From assembly GCA_964424195.1 (NCBI GenBank), contig CAYRHT010000002.1, positions 8,458 to 72,457 of the forward strand: DNA of 64,000 nt, given 5' to 3'. Made by a program: the position numbers and the translations under genes. The DNA comes from an uncultured Gammaproteobacteria bacterium (GTDB taxonomy: Bacteria; Patescibacteriota; Patescibacteriia; UBA1558; S5-K13). Of the stretch, positions 58,279-64,000 are shown in pieces. The notes beneath the pieces are model-generated. The model searched no databases. It was given only the letters and a program-made list of their open reading frames with translations, and was not told the DNA's origin. The first letter of the stretch is position 1. The number at the start of each line of letters is the position of its first letter.

Positions 58279-59235
58279 ATGAAGTCTAATTTGCCTATCC
58301 TCCACCATTTAAATGATTTTTTAGATTATTTAGATATTGAAAAAGGTTTAGCTAATAATTCTCAGAAGAATTATAATCTTTTTTTAAATAAGTTTTTTAA
58401 TTGGTTAAAGGAAAATGATAAATCTAAGTTAAAACCTCATGAATTAACTTATAAGCATGTTTGGGATTATAAGTTATATTTATCTCGTTCTCAGTCTTTG
58501 ACAACTCATAAGAATTTAAAAAGAAAAACTCAAAATTATTATTTAATAGCTTTAAGATCGTTGTTAGATTTTTTTGCAGATCGAGATATAGACACTCTCC
58601 CCTCTTCGAAGATAAAACTACCCAAAGTAAGTAAGGATAAAGTTCCTAATTTTTTAACAATAGAAGATGTAGAAAAATTATTATCAGAACCAGATGTTGA
58701 TAATAAGATAGGTTTAAGAGATAAATCTATTTTAGAAGCTTTTTTTTCTACAGGTATGAGAATAGCAGAATTAACTTCTTTAAATAGAGATCAGTTTAAT
58801 CATTTAAAAATGGAAGAAGGTTTGGAAATGACTATTATTGGTAAAGGTGATAAGCCGAGAACTGTTTATTTTTCAAAAAGGTCATTAAAATGGTTAAAAG
58901 AATATTTAGATACTAGAACAGATTTAGATAAATCTTTATTTATTCGTTATTCAGGAAATAAATCTGATTCCAGAAGACTTTCAATTAGATCAATAGAGAA
59001 ATTAGTAAAAAAATACGCTAAATTAGCTGGATTACCAATAGATATAACTCCTCATACTCTGAGACATTCTTATGCTACTGATCTTTTAACTCAAGGAGTT
59101 GATTTAAGGACTGTGCAGGAATTCTTGGGACATAGCAATATTTTAACAACTCAAATATATACTCATGTTACTAATAAGAGGTTGAGAGATGTTCATAAAA
59201 AATATCATAGTGGTAATCGTTTAAAAGATAATTAA
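58279..59235 (+). CDS. XerC/D-family tyrosine recombinase
   Basis: SAM-like N-domain; LRD, TGMR..EL, GKG.K.R, PHTLRHSYAT, LGH, TTQIYTHV (complete catalytic set). Confidence 0.93.
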   Translation: MKSNLPILHHLNDFLDYLDIEKGLANNSQKNYNLFLNKFFNWLKENDKSKLKPHELTYKHVWDYKLYLSRSQSLTTHKNLKRKTQNYYLIALRSLLDFFADRDIDTLPSSKIKLPKVSKDKVPNFLTIEDVEKLLSEPDVDNKIGLRDKSILEAFFSTGMRIAELTSLNRDQFNHLKMEEGLEMTIIGKGDKPRTVYFSKRSLKWLKEYLDTRTDLDKSLFIRYSGNKSDSRRLSIRSIEKLVKKYAKLAGLPIDITPHTLRHSYATDLLTQGVDLRTVQEFLGHSNILTTQIYTHVTNKRLRDVHKKYHSGNRLKDN

Positions 59236-59261
59236 AACAATTGTACCTATGAATTTTGTAT

Positions 59262-60479
59262 TTAATTTCCTAAGTAATTTAAAGGATTAGTGGGAGTTCC
59301 ATTTATTCTAACTTCAAAATGTAAATGAGGTGCGGTTGTTAAACGACCAGCACCTTTTGTGCCTGGCATACCACCAGATTTACCAATAATATCTCCTTGA
59401 AGAACAAAATCTCCGGGAGATACATTCATTTGAGAAACATGTCCGTAAACAGTAGATAATCCATTATTATGCACTAGCATGATATAGCTATAACCATAAC
59501 CATTATCTTTAGCTACGGCTACATATCCAGAACCAGCAGCTTTAAGAGGTGTTCCTTGTCCAGCCCTAATATCTATAGCTGGATGTTCAAATATTCTTCG
59601 AAAAGGATAGTCAGGATCATGGAAATAGGCAGTGACATGTTTTGATGGAACTGGCCAGATTAAAACACCATCATCATCCGGAATTCTACCACTTTGTTCA
59701 GCTAATAATCTTCGAGCTTGATTTTCATATTGAGTAATTAAGTTGTTAGCTTCTTCTTGTTCAGCTCTTAATTCTGCTAAGAGGTTATAGAATTGAGCTT
59801 CATCATGTTCAGTCCGAGCTAGGAACATAAATTTAACATCTTGTTCTTCTTTTAGTTTATATTGGTCAATTGTTAATTTCTTATACAAACTTTCTAATTC
59901 AGCTTTTGATTTTACTAAACTAGAATTCTTTTGTTCTAACCATTCTTTAAGTTGATTTAAACTATCTGTTTTTTTCTTCAAATCTGATTGAATAGATTTA
60001 AACTTATTAATCTCATCAAAAAAATCACTTAAATTATCATAGAGTAATAATACTTTTAAATATCCACCTTTTTCTTCTTCTCGGTATAGATTTTGAAGAG
60101 AATTTTTAATTCTTTCCTTATTGATCTCAATTTCGTTTTCTTTTCTTTCAATTTCTAAATTTACAGATTTAATCTCTAGATTCATATTTTCAACCTGTAA
60201 ATTTGTTGATTCAATCCCTAGAGTTCGGGAAGCTATTTTACTGTTTAATATGGAAATTTCATTACTAAGACTAGCAGATTCTTGTTGTTTTTGCTTTATT
60301 TTCTGTTGATATACTTTTTGTTGATTATTTAATTCACTAATGATCTTTTGTTTATCAGAAATCATACCTTTTAAATCAGAAATATTCTCGGAATGAGAAT
60401 TATTGAATGGTAAAAAAATATTAGCAATTACAAAAATTCCAATTAAAGTTTTTGTTATCTTTTTATTTTTGTTTAACAT
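59262..60479 (-). CDS. Coiled-coil + M23 peptidoglycan endopeptidase
   Basis: Signal peptide, long coiled coil, HPAID, YGH, PHLHFEVR. Confidence 0.9.
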   Translation of the reverse strand: MLNKNKKITKTLIGIFVIANIFLPFNNSHSENISDLKGMISDKQKIISELNNQQKVYQQKIKQKQQESASLSNEISILNSKIASRTLGIESTNLQVENMNLEIKSVNLEIERKENEIEINKERIKNSLQNLYREEEKGGYLKVLLLYDNLSDFFDEINKFKSIQSDLKKKTDSLNQLKEWLEQKNSSLVKSKAELESLYKKLTIDQYKLKEEQDVKFMFLARTEHDEAQFYNLLAELRAEQEEANNLITQYENQARRLLAEQSGRIPDDDGVLIWPVPSKHVTAYFHDPDYPFRRIFEHPAIDIRAGQGTPLKAAGSGYVAVAKDNGYGYSYIMLVHNNGLSTVYGHVSQMNVSPGDFVLQGDIIGKSGGMPGTKGAGRLTTAPHLHFEVRINGTPTNPLNYLGN

Positions 60480-60498
60480 GTATTAATTATATCACGAA

Positions 60499-61923
60499 TT
60501 AAGAGTTTAATTTTTCCAAGGCTTTATCGATTCTACTTAAACTTTCTTCTTTCTCTAGAATCCATAGTATTTCAGCTGGACTAGGGCTTTTATCTAATCC
60601 AGATAAAGCGAATCGTAATGGCCAAAATACATCTCCAGGATTTAATTCACTTCCATTAACTATTTCTTTTAGTAAATTATCTAATTCTTCTAAACTCCAT
60701 TTACTAAAGTCATTTAATTTTTCTTTAACAAGTTTTAATCCTTTAATTGTTTTTTCTTGATCACTTTTTTTGAATATTAACATTTTAGAATCATAATCAG
60801 GTAATTCAAAAATAAACTTACTAGGCTCCTCTAGTTCAGATAGATAATTTAATCTACTTGACAAAACTATGAATATGTTTTCTAATTTATTTTTATCTAA
60901 ATCTTGAGGAAAATACTTTTTAATTTCTTCTAATAATTTTTGATATCTTTTACCTTTTTCTTTAACTATCTGACGAACATATTCAGCATTAAACCAATTA
61001 AGTTTTTCAACATTAAATATAGCTCCCGCTTTATTTATCTTAGCAACATCAAAGTCTTTGATTAACTCCTCTACTGAGTAGATTTCTTTAGTAGTTTTAG
61101 GATTCCAGCCTAAGAAAGCTATGTAGTTTAAGATAGCTTCTGGGAGATAACCTTTCTTTAAGAAGTCCTCTGCTGCTACATCTCCTTGTCGCTTAGATAA
61201 TTTAGATTTATCTGGGTTTAATAACAAAGGTAAGTGAATAAATTCTGGAGCTTTCCAGTTAAACATTTTGTAAAGTAAAATATGCTTAGGAGTTGATGGT
61301 AACCACTCTTCGCCTCTGATAATATGAGTAACGTCCATTTCATGATCATCTACTACAACAGCTAAGTGATAGGTTGGATAACCATCAGATTTTAATAAAA
61401 CCTGATCATCCATGTCATTAGTATTAATCTTAACTTCACCATAAACACCATCTTTAAAGATAATATCTTGATTGTCTGGGAGTCTTAATCTGATTACATA
61501 AGATTCTTTATTCTCTAGTTTTTTGCTTATTTCTTCTTTAGATAGATTTAGACAATGACGATCATATTTAGGAATTCTTTTTTCAGCTTGCTGTGCTGTT
61601 CTCATTTCATCAAGTCTCTCTTTAGTACAAAAACAATAATATGCTTTATCTTCTTTAATTAATTGTTCAACATACTTCTTATATATATCTAATCTTTTTG
61701 ATTGATAAAAAGGTCCTTCATCAAAATCAATTCCAAAAGTTTTTAGAGTTTCAATAATTTGTTGGTCAGCTTTTTCTACATATCTACTTTGATCAGTATC
61801 TTCTATTCGTAACAAGAATTTAGCTTTATTATTTTTAGCAAATAGATAGTTGTATAGTGCGGTTCTTAATCCGCCGATATGCAGGTATCCAGTTGGTGAT
61901 GGTGCAAATCTTACTTTATTCAT
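60499..61923 (-). CDS. gltX: Glutamate--tRNA ligase
   Basis: RFAPSPTGYLHIGG, RIEDTD, PTYHLA.VVDD, KLSKR. Confidence 0.97.
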   Translation of the reverse strand: MNKVRFAPSPTGYLHIGGLRTALYNYLFAKNNKAKFLLRIEDTDQSRYVEKADQQIIETLKTFGIDFDEGPFYQSKRLDIYKKYVEQLIKEDKAYYCFCTKERLDEMRTAQQAEKRIPKYDRHCLNLSKEEISKKLENKESYVIRLRLPDNQDIIFKDGVYGEVKINTNDMDDQVLLKSDGYPTYHLAVVVDDHEMDVTHIIRGEEWLPSTPKHILLYKMFNWKAPEFIHLPLLLNPDKSKLSKRQGDVAAEDFLKKGYLPEAILNYIAFLGWNPKTTKEIYSVEELIKDFDVAKINKAGAIFNVEKLNWFNAEYVRQIVKEKGKRYQKLLEEIKKYFPQDLDKNKLENIFIVLSSRLNYLSELEEPSKFIFELPDYDSKMLIFKKSDQEKTIKGLKLVKEKLNDFSKWSLEELDNLLKEIVNGSELNPGDVFWPLRFALSGLDKSPSPAEILWILEKEESLSRIDKALEKLNS

Positions 61924-61924
61924 A

Positions 61925-63130
61925 TTATTTAATATATTTATTAATTTCTTTTAACATTATATTTAATGACTGATGTCGGATGATGTGGATATGATCTTTT
62001 AATTCTTCTTTTTTAACCCACTTGTGATTTTGAAGTTCTTCTTGAGGATTTGGTTCTTCATTTTCAGTTTGTTTTAGAATAAATATTCTTTGATTCTGAC
62101 CAGCAGTTTTGTAATAATGAGGCATTCGTTCAGATTTAGGCTTAATCATTTCCGGCATAAAATAGTATTTATGCAATTCATCTAATTTTTTGATTATTTT
62201 AACTTTTTTTAATCCAGTTTCTTCATAGACTTCTTTTAAAATTGCCTCTTCTTCGCTTTCATCTTTTTCTACACCACCTTGAGGAAATTGCCAATGATTA
62301 GGATCGTCTTTTCTATTTAAAACTAGAAATTCATTATTTTGATTCAATATTACTCCTAAGACGTTTTTTCTAAAAGATTTTTGAATATGAATAGACCATA
62401 ATATTAAATACCAAGAGTATTTAAGAGTGGCATTTAGAATTCTATTAATTCTGCTTGGTTCTATAAATAATCGCCATAACCATTCTATTCCTACTTTTCT
62501 GAATGCTTGAGGAGCTCGGAGTATTTTTCCAGATATGAAATCAAATGTTCCTCCAACTCCCATAGCTATTTTAATATTAGGTATTTTTGATATGTTTTCC
62601 CAAATCCATTTTTCTTGCCAAGGAGCTCCATAGGCTACTAATAATATCTGAGCTTGGCTATCTTTAATCTTTTCAATAATTCTATTATTCTCTTCAGGAG
62701 TTATTTTTTGAATATTTGAAAAGCCCTCCTCTGCTCCAACTATATTTAATCCTTTGTACTTTAATTCTAATTTAGTTTTTGATGTCTCTGCTGACCCTTC
62801 TCTCCCGCCTAAGAGAAATACTTTATATCCTTTATGAGCTGCTAATTCATTAATTTTGTAAGTTAAATCTATTCCAGTTACTCGATGATAGAGAGGGTCT
62901 CCCAAAAACCAAGAACCTAAGATTAATCCAAATCCATCTGCTAGAGATAGACTAGCATTATTTAATATTCCTCGGTAATAGATATCTCGACTAGCTTTGA
63001 GTATTATTTCTGGATTGGGAGTCACTATATAATGTTGTTTTTGATCAGCAACAAACTCCTCTATTTTTAATAGAGTTTCTTGATAGTTTATTTTATTTAT
63101 TTCTGTTCCAAGAATGTTAACTTTAACCAT
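61925..63130 (-). CDS. WecG/TagA/CpsF glycosyltransferase fused to a Nudix hydrolase
   Basis: VTPNPE, DG.G, RVTG.D, G.P.QE, GVGG.FD, RAP, EWLWRL..EP.R, then the Nudix box WQFPQGGVE..E....A..KE.YEETG. Confidence 0.88.
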   Translation of the reverse strand: MVKVNILGTEINKINYQETLLKIEEFVADQKQHYIVTPNPEIILKASRDIYYRGILNNASLSLADGFGLILGSWFLGDPLYHRVTGIDLTYKINELAAHKGYKVFLLGGREGSAETSKTKLELKYKGLNIVGAEEGFSNIQKITPEENNRIIEKIKDSQAQILLVAYGAPWQEKWIWENISKIPNIKIAMGVGGTFDFISGKILRAPQAFRKVGIEWLWRLFIEPSRINRILNATLKYSWYLILWSIHIQKSFRKNVLGVILNQNNEFLVLNRKDDPNHWQFPQGGVEKDESEEEAILKEVYEETGLKKVKIIKKLDELHKYYFMPEMIKPKSERMPHYYKTAGQNQRIFILKQTENEEPNPQEELQNHKWVKKEELKDHIHIIRHQSLNIMLKEINKYIK

Positions 63131-63186
63131 GATTTTAACATTAAAATTACACATCAAAGTGTGTTTATATCTTTATTTTAGCATAT

Positions 63187-63213
63187 AAAAACAGGCTCAG
63201 AAAGAGCCTGTTT
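63187..63213 (-). terminator. Intrinsic terminator after ahcY
   Basis: aaacaggctc-agaaa-gagcctgttt stem with a minus-strand T-tract. Confidence 0.8.
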
Positions 63214-63236
63214 AACAATTTAAACTAAATAATAAT

Positions 63237-64000
<764 letters not shown>

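Noticed and set aside
58279-59235. Xer gene as the integrase of a mobile element or integron
   Set aside because: It is flanked by housekeeping genes with no cargo, att repeats or cassettes, and the adjacent dif-like site fits chromosome dimer resolution better.

Overview
AT-rich bacterial chromosome segment (standard genetic code, most genes without a Shine-Dalgarno sequence) whose gene set and protein style point to Patescibacteria/CPR (Parcubacteria-like); this assignment is inferred. Bases 1-17.2 kb hold a surface/adhesin operon: a 5'-truncated giant LVIVD/tail-fibre-like protein, a TIGR03790+FN3 protein, a degenerate AlkP-like protein and a DUF2341+7xLamG protein. Housekeeping genes follow (ileS, recO, tgt, rplY, pgk-eno-gpmI, uppP, manC, mltG, fmt-def-priA, lysS, serS, alr, ftsQ, gltX, ahcY). 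Two candidate systems stand out. (1) At 26.6-34.6 kb, two stand-alone 7TM receptor domains, two apparent pseudo-enzymes (one fused to an RHH domain), an acyl-CoA synthetase, an acyl-ACP-reductase-like enzyme and a 7TM-GAF histidine kinase suggest production and sensing of a lipid-derived signal. (2) A 28-bp near-symmetric dif-like site (58222-58249) lies between the predicted promoter and the start codon of a Xer recombinase, where gene orientation and apparent GC skew switch; this is probably the replication terminus with a one-recombinase Xer/dif module. No rRNA, tRNA, CRISPR array or transposase was recognised.
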